Positions 36,201 through 48,200 of a stretch of DNA of 64,000 nt are shown here, piece after piece (position 1 is the first letter of the stretch; each line of letters opens with the position of its first letter). Under the pieces are notes generated by a model that made no database searches, was not told where the DNA came from, and was given only the letters and a program-made list of their open reading frames with translations. Position numbers and translations under genes: made by a program. Where the stretch lies: assembly GCA_965649765.1 (NCBI GenBank), contig OZ287751.1, positions 62,248,001 to 62,312,000 of the forward strand, written 5' to 3'. The DNA is from Bispira polyomma (taxonomy: Eukaryota).

Positions 36201-39200
36201 AGTGATTGCATTCCTGGAATACCTGGTGCAAAACCGGTTATCACCTGGGGCAGTGAACAATTATTTAGCAGCAATAAAATTTGTAGCTTCCAAGTTAAAC
36301 TGGAATCTTACTCCATTTGTACACAACTCAGTAGCACTTTTTACTAGAAGTCTGACACACAACTCACTATTGAGACCAAAACCTAAAGGAATCTTTACCA
36401 TAGAACAGTTGATTCTTATATCTAAGGCCTGTGACATACTTGAAGATCCAATACTATTCAGATAAATTTTCTTAGTGGCCTTCTTTGGGTTCTTGAGGCT
36501 TTGGAACATAGCTCCCCATTCAAAATCAGCTTTTGATCCAACAAGGCACTTTATTAGGCAGGATGTCATTTTTGGCCACCCAGGTGCCCACATGATTCTA
36601 AAATGGGCTAAGAATTTGCAAAATAGAACTGATACTCACATCATACAGATCCCAGTGCTAGATAATTCACACATCTGCCCAGTTATAGCTCTCAAGAAAC
36701 TGCTTTTGTCTAGACAACTTTCGGACAAGGCACCACTGTTTGCTTCAAAAACTACACCATATCACCCAATTGTCGACTCACATGTAAGATCAGCTTCACA
36801 AACAGTTTTACAACATATCAGCATTCAATATAGCTCACATGGGTTTCATGCCTTTAGAAGGTTGGGGGCCTTTAATAAGAACGTTTCTCTACAGAACATT
36901 ATGGCCCATGGCCTCTGGAGGTCCTCAGCAGTATAGACATATCTACAGAATACATCTCAGGCAGCCTCATTGGTCCCTTTGACTTTTGCCTCTGCCATCT
37001 CACACTCTACTTTGGTTTGGCTTGGGGCTTTAAAATTTGTCATGTTTAAAAAATTTTAAGCATTTATTTTATCTGTAACTTCATGTACATAGAATACTAA
37101 CATGTAAAAATAAAACCTCAAAGTGAAATATTTTATTACCTCTTACTTTCAAACTTCAACATAACCATAACTTGACCTTACTTGGATAACTTTGACCTTT
37201 ATCTCAACTTTACTAACGGGGACTGTGTCAAGCACGTCTACTTCAGGGGACTGCTATCTCAGTCCACGTTAATTATATCACTTGATCTTAAAATTTTTTT
37301 AGGTATAGCTATCCTCAGTGCATTCTGTCATAACTACAAGGGCCAATCAAATTCCTTAATTAATTAGCTATTCTCGGTTCTTCTGGGGCTACACCTCCAT
37401 ATTGAAATTTGACATTGAAGAAACAACAACCAAAAATATTTTAACACCCACCACCTCCCCTAATACCACAGCTGGGGCTACGTTAACTAGAGGGCCAATT
37501 GGCACTCTTTGGGCATATTGGAAATGAATCCAAATACAATGGTTAAAGCTGTTCATGTTAAGTGTAATAACTAAAAGGAAACCAGTTTTATGTATTAATT
37601 GCTTAGGGAGTCATCTTGGCTTAATACAAAAAGGGTCACTGTAATGCTCCTCTGGCTGTGTGGAATGAGGGTTCTGCCTTCTTATACTTTCCTCTGAGTT
37701 CATGTCTAGGGTTCCAGAGTAGAATAGAAGCTCTAAGAGGTTTAACTCTCGTCTGCTAGGCGATTCGGTGTCCAAAGCCAGGGGTTGCCAAATGCAGCTG
37801 TTTTTGATCGACTAAGTCAAAGAATTTAAATTGAGGGATGGTTTCTGATATTAAGAAAAAAAAAACAAAAAAAACTTTTGACAATCTATGTTCGTATAAA
37901 GTCAGTTAGTAAACTGTGGAAAAATGAAAAGTTCTGTCATATAATTGATTGGGACATATGTGTATAACCTTGTTATAAATTACAAACGTGTGACTGGAAC
38001 CAGCAGAGTTAAGGGTTTCATTATAGAGACATTTATGGCCTAATTATAGGCACTAAATGGTATATAACATGAGACGTGGTAAATGTAACCAAAAACACCG
38101 TTTATGGGTGGTTTATGATCTGTAGGGAGCTGCTGCCCCAAAGTATTGTTATCACACATAGCACTCTGTTCAATTGGTAAAGAGAATATTGGTATTTTAG
38201 TCTGTAACGTTTATTATGATATATATATTTTACATCATTGTCAGACTTATATTGATGTACGTAATAATGTGTTGATGCAAGTTATTTGCTAAGACTTTAT
38301 TATTTATAATAATATGCTCTTTAAGATGCTATGGTTTATTATGGCTAGTCCTATTTTGGCTAGTCCTTTTTTATGATTGTTATGGAGGCCTGATTGGGGC
38401 TTTAAAATTTGTCATGTTTAAAAAATTTTAAGCATTTATTTTATCTGTAACTTCATGTACATAGAATACTAACATGTAAAAATAAAACCTCAAAGTGAAA
38501 TCTTTTATTACCTCTTACTTTCAAACTTCAACATAACCATAACTTGACCTTACTTGGATAACTTTGACCTTTATCTCAACTTTACTAACGGGGACTGCAT
38601 CATATTGTCTCCGCACTAAAACAAAGTTACCAGACTTCAGGAAAAAAGTTCAAACACATCAACTGTATCAACCCGCTTTACTGCCTTAACATTTATCTGC
38701 TGGCTAAGACTGATCTCTGATCACAAATTTTTTCACCCAAGGGTCTATACTTTTGCATACTGACTAGGTAGTGAGCAATAGAGGACGCCTGATTATCAAT
38801 TGATGCACAATAGAAGTAAAAAACACTAACATTTAACAAATGTCAGCATTTAGTAAACAATAACTCCCGAGACGTGGCTCAGCAGTAAACATACCACAGC
38901 TTTCCTGACAGATATAACTCCTCCGAGTTACAATTTTTTTCAGTTTCCCAGGCTTAAAAAAACAGTGGGAGAATAGACATCTTTGTAAATAATGTACTCT
39001 TCTTTAAAACCAGTGTTATTCATCTTTTGAATCTACCACATTAAAAATTACCAATGTTTATCAGTCATTCCTGGTTTCCTCTTTTTACTGACCACCCATC
39101 CCTTCTCTAGCTACCTTTACTTAAGGGTCCTCCGAATTCCATAAGACTCTCAACCTTCTCCTATCTGAAGCTTTCATCCTTGGTGATTTTAACATCAAAG

Positions 39201-42200
39201 TCGACATATAAAATAAACCTCCTTAACACTTTTGGTTTCTCACAGTTTATCTCCAGTTCAACCCACATCCACAATCACATACCTGATCTGGTAATTGCAG
39301 GACCCAATTCAAATCTGATCAGTTAATCATAAGGTAACTGACGGTATTTGGATCATCTAGCAACCTTTGCCCATTTATTTGCCAGTACCTGCCTTACAAA
39401 AATCAATAGCCTTTTCGTTTGACACTCATATTGCCAACATCTGTCTTTCGTGCTATTACCACATACGCAACATCAAAATAATCCGAAACCACCTGTCAAT
39501 GGACACTGCGATAACTATGGCTAATGCCCTTGTGAGCAGCTGCCTGGACTACTGCATATCTCTTTTGTTCGGAGTAAACAAGTCCCAGTTTAAACAGCTG
39601 CAGTCCATTCAAAACTACCTATTCAGGGTGAGCTTTCTTCATTGCAGCTCCCTTGTTATGGATCAGTTGACACACTGATCGGTTTTAGAAAAAAGCTTAA
39701 AACCTATCCTTTTAACCTTGCCTACCCACCTTAGCTTCCCTCGTGCAAGCCCCACATCTTTCCTTACGACCTTACTATGCCCATGGACTTTATGATTGGA
39801 TCAATGATTCTGCTGTTGCGCTTTATGAAATGCCTAGCATCAATAAAGCACGTTAAAAATTCATAATATTAATACTACATTGAACTGACATGAAACATTC
39901 CCTTACATTGAACGGACACCATAATTCCCTTACATTGAACTGACGTCAGACATTCCCTTACATTGATCTTACATGAGACATTCCCTTACATTGACCGGAC
40001 ATGATACATTCCCTTACATTGATCTGACATGAGACATTCCCTTACATTGATCAGACATGAGACATTCCCTTACATTGAACTGACATGAGACATTCCCTTA
40101 CATTGATCTGACATCAGACATGAGACATACCCTTACATCGATCTGACATGAGACATTCCCTTACATTGATCTGACATCAGACATGAGACATTCCCTTACA
40201 TTGATCTGACATGAGACATTCCCTTACATTGATCTGACATCAGACATGAGACATTCCCTTACATTGATCTGACATGAGACATTCCCTTACATTGAACTGA
40301 CATCAGACATGAGACATTCCCTTACATGGATCTGACATGAGACATTCCCTTACATTGATCTGACATCAGACATGAGACATTGCCTTACATTGATCTGACA
40401 TGAGACATTCCCTTACATTGAACTGACATCAGACATGAGACATTCCCTTACATTGAACAGACATCAGACATGAGACATTCCCTTATATTCAACTGACATG
40501 AGACATTTCCTTACATTGATCTGACATGATATATATCCATACACTCCTACAGGAGGCCCTGACCCTGACCAAGTCAGTATTGACCTGAGGATGGGTGCAG
40601 TAAAACACAAACTACTAGTGCTCTCAGGAAAAGGAGGTAAGAATCATGTGACCACCACCTAACACTGTCAAGGGGTCATGGTGGTCTCTTGCCTATAATT
40701 TTATCTTATTTAATGTATAAATGCTCAATTTTCTACATATTTAAGTAGTAGTTCATACCGTATCAATCTGTTAACGGTGTATGTGCATTTTTGTTTTGTC
40801 AGTTTACAACTAATACAAAATATCTATTTTTTTCAGAAACCCAAAATACCTCCTACCCCCCAAAAAATTATTTTAACTTAATTTGTGACCGGTTTGTATA
40901 TATCAGTACAACAGGGACACATATAAAATTTTGATTTTAGTGATCTAACTTGACAAATTAATGATAATGGTAACTTTTTAAAATTCGCAAATATATCAGA
41001 AGCTGTTGTGAATGACAAATATATCTAGCATTGTAAATGATAGTAGTTTTGAGGTCATTTATCACTCATTAGGGCAAACAGGAAACACTAGATGACAAAA
41101 ACATTTCCAAAGTTTGACCTTGTTTTCACTTGATTAAATGTATGCATTCCTTTTTGGTCACCATAAATCATCTTCAATAATAGTTAATATTCAAGAAGTC
41201 AATATGTACATATACATGTATTACTCTTGTAATAAAAACCAATTTTGAGATGTTCTGTTTACTATATGTTATAACGGGGGCTGACATGTTCAATTTAATA
41301 TATCACAGCTTTTGCTTTACAACAGGGGTGAAAGTGGCTTGTTTTACATATATATTATAACTCCTATATTTACACAGTGGGCTGAGATGTCCCATTTACT
41401 GTGTCTTTTTGAATTTGAATTTGGATATTTAACGTCCACTCTAGTACCTGTTTAGGTTATATTGGGACGGGTAGTTGGAAACGCTGGAGGAAACACTGCA
41501 TACAGTTGATCAAGGTTCTGGACTGAAACCAGCGGCCCACAGTAAGGAACTACCACCTTTCCCACATAGGCATCGACAGGATTTGAACTCACGCCGCCCA
41601 GAGGTGAGAGACCAGTGATTGTGAAGTGCAATGCTTGCTAACCACTAGGCCACCGTGGCCCCATTTACAGTGTCATATTGTCACTCTTGTTTAAAGTATG
41701 TAATGTTTAACACTCTCAACCCCCAGGGTTGTGGACATGCAGTTGTTGGCATTTGTTATTCCCAGTTCCTATGTCTGTCGGCAACCAGTTGACACCCTAC
41801 AAATATTATTGTATTTTCCTTCAGTTCCTCGCAATAAGAAATTGTACAGAAGGCTGTTATTGAATTCCGGAAGTAGTGTGTGTTTCAATGACTTCAGCTA
41901 TTTGTAACCTATTAGCTCAGTCAGTTCTTGGCAATATTTTTTCCTGGGGTCGTAAGGTTTTAAGCCCCTTTCTCACTATAGTGGTAGTGAGATTTATCTT
42001 GTGCAGATAAGTTTTACAGACGGAAAAAGATAAGAAAACACGATTACTACAGTAGTGAAATGGAAAAAGGGTAAAACAAGCGAAATGGGCGGAAACTAGA
42101 GAAAGAGTTAAAATAGTGAAACAGAATACAAGGAAATAGACTGAAATAGTCGGACATGGGCAGAAACACACCATTACAGGGACGGAAGACTTACAGTACT

Positions 42201-45200
42201 ACTTGGAAATAAGCGAAAGCATTTTACTGTCTTTTTATGCTTTGGTGCCTTGCACGACCGAGAAGTAAGAAACAGGGTTTTCTGGCAGTAGAAGGCAATT
42301 TTCAAAACATCTTTAACTTCCTCTCTATACCGCCATAGTGAGACATGGGGCTTAATATTGTTACGGTCATGGGAGCAAGCGCAGTAGCAATTACCAGTTG
42401 CTTTCAAGCTGCAACAGGAAAAGACAAAAAGTTCCACTTAACAAATTTACAATCCTGTCCACGTAAATAATAGTTAAACAAGTTTGTCCACTGTATCCAG
42501 CAATCTGTCTTGAGATCCGCTCGGTGTCCACTAACACACAATGCCTGTATCCTGTTGTCCGTTCCGGGTCCATGAACACAAAATGTATACATCCTGAGAG
42601 ACAACTAAGCTATCCAGTTCAGGTTGCAAATAATGAGTTCACCACAAAACGTATATAATAACCAGTTTATATCCACTTGACACAGAATTAAAGTGTTTCA
42701 TAATATAGCAACCCGCATAGCATACTAACTCAACAAACTTTAGTCTGTGGCCAGACTTTCAACCCTTATATCTACTAGAGCTATAGAAGGCTCTGTAGTA
42801 TGTAAACGACAGTTACTAGAAGATTCCGGAATTAAATTAAACAGGTCAACACAACTCTAATAAAAACACTAAACAGAACTAGCTTCTAGAAGCTTAGGGG
42901 TTTTCCTCAAATCCATAAATAGATCACTCTAGCAGACTGTAAGAAACATCAGTACTAACTAGACCAGTTCTCCACTGACATTCAACAATGTCCTTATATG
43001 TAACAATATATAGAGCGTAACTCCTGTGTTGATTTGTACATTCTGTGTTTCTTCCTCATACCAGGTGTGGGCAAGTCCAGTGTCTCTGCTCACCTGGCCC
43101 ATAGTCTGGCCATGATCGGTGCACGGGTGGGTCTGCTGGACCTTGACATTTGTGGGCCTAGTATCTCCCACATGATGGGTGTGAGTGGACAGCCAGTGGT
43201 CAGTACACAGTACGGCTGGAAACCCCTTGTGTGAGTGATGAGAGTGGGCCACAGAGGCCAAAAGATTTAGTTACATACACCCAGGGTTACTTAAACTGGT
43301 ACAGATACATCCAGCTGAAATGGAGATAAAGTGGATTTACCTTGTGTTCACCAAATATTATAAGCTCAACTCAAGCTTAAATCGAAGGTATACATATATC
43401 TAGCTAGTAATAGTATAGATGGATCAAATTTGACAACATATTCGAATTCAGTGCTGAAAGCTCTATTAAAATGGATGGTCAAGTATAAAGTATAGGTTAT
43501 ATACATCTGCGCTGAATAACATTAGCCTTCATTTTAGTTGAGTCTGACTTGAGCTTAAATTTGTTTGTAGCACTGATGTTAACTCAACTGAGCACCTTTG
43601 GATTACCTTAGATGATGTCAACCTTCAAATTTCACTGAACTGGAACAAGCTTAACAGTAAGAGTGGCGAAATGTAGCCAAAAAACCTTCAGACCCTTATT
43701 CAGAACATGCCATAAAGGCTGGAAGCTATTCTGCAGGCCAGAGGCTTTGATACAACATATTAAACACATAAACTGTAGTCAAATGTCTGACAATTAAAAT
43801 AAAATGAATATTGTTAAAATATATTGTTGATTGTTTTTGTAACTTAGGTTTTACTGTTATAAACTTTGTTTATATTATGTTTACTTTGCAGTAAATAGTG
43901 TAAAATAAATTCAGCAGAACTTAGTTCATTTTGGGTAGATTTTAGAGTAAAAGTGAAGTCGAAACATGATTTTTTATAGCTATATTCATCAATCCATTTT
44001 TAAATGACACTGTTTAAAGGTCGCCAGTGTCAGGGGTGAAGGTCATGTCTGTAGCAGCCTTGCTGTCCTCGGATATACAGGCAGTAACCTTCAGAGGACC
44101 CAGGAAAACAGGTACTGGCATATCTATTACATCAATAATAAAAAGTGTCCTCAAAATATAAAAAAGTCACCACAACACAATAGAATAGCAGGCCATGACA
44201 TATTTTATCGATTGTTATATATTGCAGGTCTAATAAAACAGCTTATCAAAGACACATTTTGGGGAAGACTGGATTACTTAATATTTGGTACGTATTATAA
44301 AAATTAGTTTAACCTTGTGAACAAGGATTTACTTAAGGCTTTTGTAACAGAATAACCTTATTATTATTTTAAGAAACAGCAAAAATAAATTACTTACATA
44401 AATTCTTAAACACAGTAAAACTGATTGTAATCCCACTATTTCTGCAGAAAACATAAGGTACAGCTAACTGCTGCAATATATTTTCCCAAATCAGAGGCTT
44501 CAGCTGCGTACACAGGTGATGCTGGATGTAAGCGACAACAAATTAAAGTTATTTTCAATAGATGTTATTTTAAAACTGCCTGTGCTATATTTAGTGGCTA
44601 TATCCATGGTCATGTACAAAATTGTACATCTACATACAAGTCTTTAACTAGTTTTAATTTAAGTTTTAAATTTTTTTTGAATATGCTGTTCGTTTACAAT
44701 TATATTCACATTCAAAGGTTCAACATCAATCATACTATGGATGTTTGAAAGTGGGTAACAAACTTACTGAGGGCCATTGTTCTGATTTCCTCCACCAATA
44801 AACTGTCATGAATTTATAATAAAAAAAAAATTGTATTTTTGGTATTGTATCAAAATTCCTACTCCCATTTATCTAATTACTCTAATTAACCTTTTTCTTG
44901 ACTGCCCAAGTAAAGCCAACCAGCACCAGTAACTGTCATTCCCTCAGTGAAATGAGAACTTTTAAGATGACGACTTATCAAAGTCTGCAATGTCATCATA
45001 GGTAGTATGATATGTTGTCAATGCAGCAGGTAGGACTTACCTCACAGTTAATATCAACAATCACCAGTGCGTAGCCATGATAAACTCACTAGGAGTCACT
45101 GGTTGGGAAATAGTTTGAACCCAGGACCGTGTAGATGACCAATCCTGTCACCTTAACTCACCAGCTGAAGTATCTATTTTTAGCGATGCCGCAGTGGCCC

Positions 45201-48200
45201 TGAGCGGTGACGGACTGGACTGTCCTATGCTAGGCGAGTTGGTGCCATAGAACCTCGGTTCTAATCCTCTGCACCACAGTTTTTCTTCTTTACAGAATCC
45301 TGTAAAATCAGACCCTATAATTCTCTAGGAACTTCCCAGTCCCTTTCCCTTTCTCCCTGTAGCTCAAATTCTTCTGTCTCTACAATATGTTCCCCACCAT
45401 TTGGGGAAAGTACTTGATGTCAATAGTAAGGAACTTTATGTTCATGAGGACATAATGAATCAAAACAACATTAACAATTTGTTACACATGCAAGATGGAG
45501 ATCAGAGTAATATTTTTATGTGTCATGAATTGACTTATTTAATCTTCTTCCCAACTTGTACTTTTGATATAACTAGTAATTTTTAGTAACTTTTTTTCTT
45601 TGTTGGAGTTTGATGTACTTAGTATAATAAATAAATACTAATAATAATAATTGGTCAAATCTTCTACCTTAGACACCCCTCCTGGCACCAGTGATGAACA
45701 CCTGTCAGTGGTCAAGTTCCTCAGATCCACAAAGCCAGACGGTGTCATCCTAGTCACGACCCCTCAGGATGTTGCCATGGATACCATCCGTAAAGAGCTT
45801 AACTTCTGCCACAAGATGGCTCTACCAGTACTTGGTCTTGTAGAGAACATGTCAAGCTTCTGTTGTCCCTGCTGTGAGGTGACTGTTACATGTTACTATT
45901 ATGTTAAAAACCTGGTCGAATAGCAACCATAAATTTATCATATATATTTTGATTAATTTGGTCAATTTATATTTGATGTCTGGTGGTACACAGTGACCAT
46001 TTCATGGAAGGAACTTTTGATACTATGATATGAGGGTTACTTATTGTTTAAAAGCACAATATGTATACAATAAAGCCACAATCGCACAGCGTAAGGCTTT
46101 AACCATCCACCATGGGATACAAATCAAAAAGGTTGGTGCTATCTGTGCCTTCTGATAGCAGAACCAAAGTTGATGAATAACTTATTTGATCAAAACATCC
46201 TTTTACTGGTAGTTTTATTGATAATATTATGATTATGATACATTTTAATGCCCTTTATTGATGCTAATCATCTTCTAAAGCACAACAACAGAATCAGTGA
46301 TCCAATCATGTGACCCATGGACATAGCAAAGTCGTAAGGAATGATGTGACGGTATACAAGAGGGAAACTAAGGTGGAAAGACCAGATTAAAAAGTTATGT
46401 TTTAAGCTTTTTCCTAAAACCGATAAGTGTGTCTGATGATCCCAGGTTGACCAGAAGACTATTGTCTATTGCCTCTCTTTAGGTAACTGAAAGAGAGAAG
46501 GGAAGCGAGGTATTGTGTTACTACAACCTTGAATGTGGTAGCGTGAATTTTGATTGAACTAAATTCTATAATGAATGGAAGCCAGTGTAGTTTTTTGAGG
46601 AATAGAGTGATCGGTGCGACTGCTCAGATGAAAAAATCACCCTGCATAAGTAGTTCTGAATGGACTGGAGGTACACATTGATTTAAAAGCAATTAAACTG
46701 GGTTTTAAGTTGCTTTCAACAGCCTAGATAATATCGTGACTGCCAGATTTAATTGTGCAAAATCCCATTAGGCCTGTTATTGTGGAGCAGGTGATTTTCC
46801 TCACTAGGCCACCATGGCCACTAGGATTATATTGACGAAGCAATTTTATAGGCACCAGGTAAAATACTTAAATACTCACCCACCAAAATTCAGATCTGCA
46901 CTAACGTGTAATGATTTCTTGGCCGATGCCCCAGTCCTGCAAAACATTTCGTCAAAACTGGAACATTAGATTTTTTTGGTAATATTGTTAACAAACTAAC
47001 CAACATGCAGAGGATAAAACAACGTCCTTTACTGTTTATAATGTACCATAAATGTTTCAATGAAACAGGAAGAATATGAAATATTCAAGGGAAGCGGGCT
47101 ACAAGATATGTACCAGAAATATGGAATCTCTTGTCTTGGTAAACTTCCATTGTCTCAGGTAAGAGTGCAATAAATTTTATTTCAGTAGTAGCACAAAAAG
47201 TACTAATTCATCAATCTAAATATGGTTAATGTAATTATTTTTAGCTGCAGCCATTTCTAATTATTGCATGAACAAGGTTGATCCATGAAACCCACACCAC
47301 TAAGACTGTAGGTGGACTAAGCTGTCACTGACTTACTCCTCAGTTCTCCTTGGTGAAATGGGAAGGTCAAGATTATGATAAGTTTCAGTTTAAGTAGTAA
47401 GATTTCAGTTAATGAAATAAGTCTACGGTTTGAGGTATTTATTTTCTGTACATTGTTAATCAGATATGTATATACAAGTAGGGATAAAATAGGAAAATTT
47501 TAAAAATTCACAATTTGGACCACATGTCTTGTATGACAGTTTTTGAGAAATTTTGTGATTTTGGTGGCTGTCTTAAATTTCCGCATCTAATCCAGAAATA
47601 TCTCGGAAACAGTGTGAGAAAAAGCAATTTCACCCACAGGGCATCTTGTTCAGGGTTTATGACAAATTTTCAAATATTTTACCATTTTGGCGGCCATCTT
47701 GAATTTCCGCGTCTTTTTCGAAAATATACATTATCTTGAAAATGGTGCAAGATCTTGATTTATATTCGGCCCATGGGTCATCTTGTTCAGAGTCTATGAC
47801 AGTTTTTGAGAAATTTTACAATTTTGGCGACCATCTTGAATTTCTGGAGAATAAAGCCGACAATATGGGCGTTCACATTTTGTTTTGGTCTGTCCATTGG
47901 GTTTTCTCAGAAGTAGGAGTATGTACAGTTAAGAAATTGTGAATTGGTTCGAATCAGTTGAATACTTTTTTGAATAATGCATTTTTTGTACCCTTTTTGC
48001 ATGTAGACAAGCTGATCCCAGGTAGAACTAGAGCTAGTATGATAAAATTGTAGTAAAGTGTGCTGTAACTATTGAGGATGGTCCATTCCAAAATTCAGAA
48101 CGATTCCTTTTACTGTAAAGATCATTGCAGTTTATCTGAAGCATGTTTTCAATTTTAGAAGCCACTCCATGTTTTGTTAACGTTCGAAGTCTTTAGAAGC

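Larger units (their letters stand above)
31918..38597 (+). mobile_element. Structurally complete Ngaro-type tyrosine-recombinase retrotransposon (element E2): A1-gag-pol-YR-B1-A2-spacer-B2
   Basis: A1 31918-32140 matches A2 37226-37445; B1 37022-37225 matches B2 38394-38597 (one difference seen); RT, RNase H and YR ORFs; no TSD. Confidence 0.95.
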
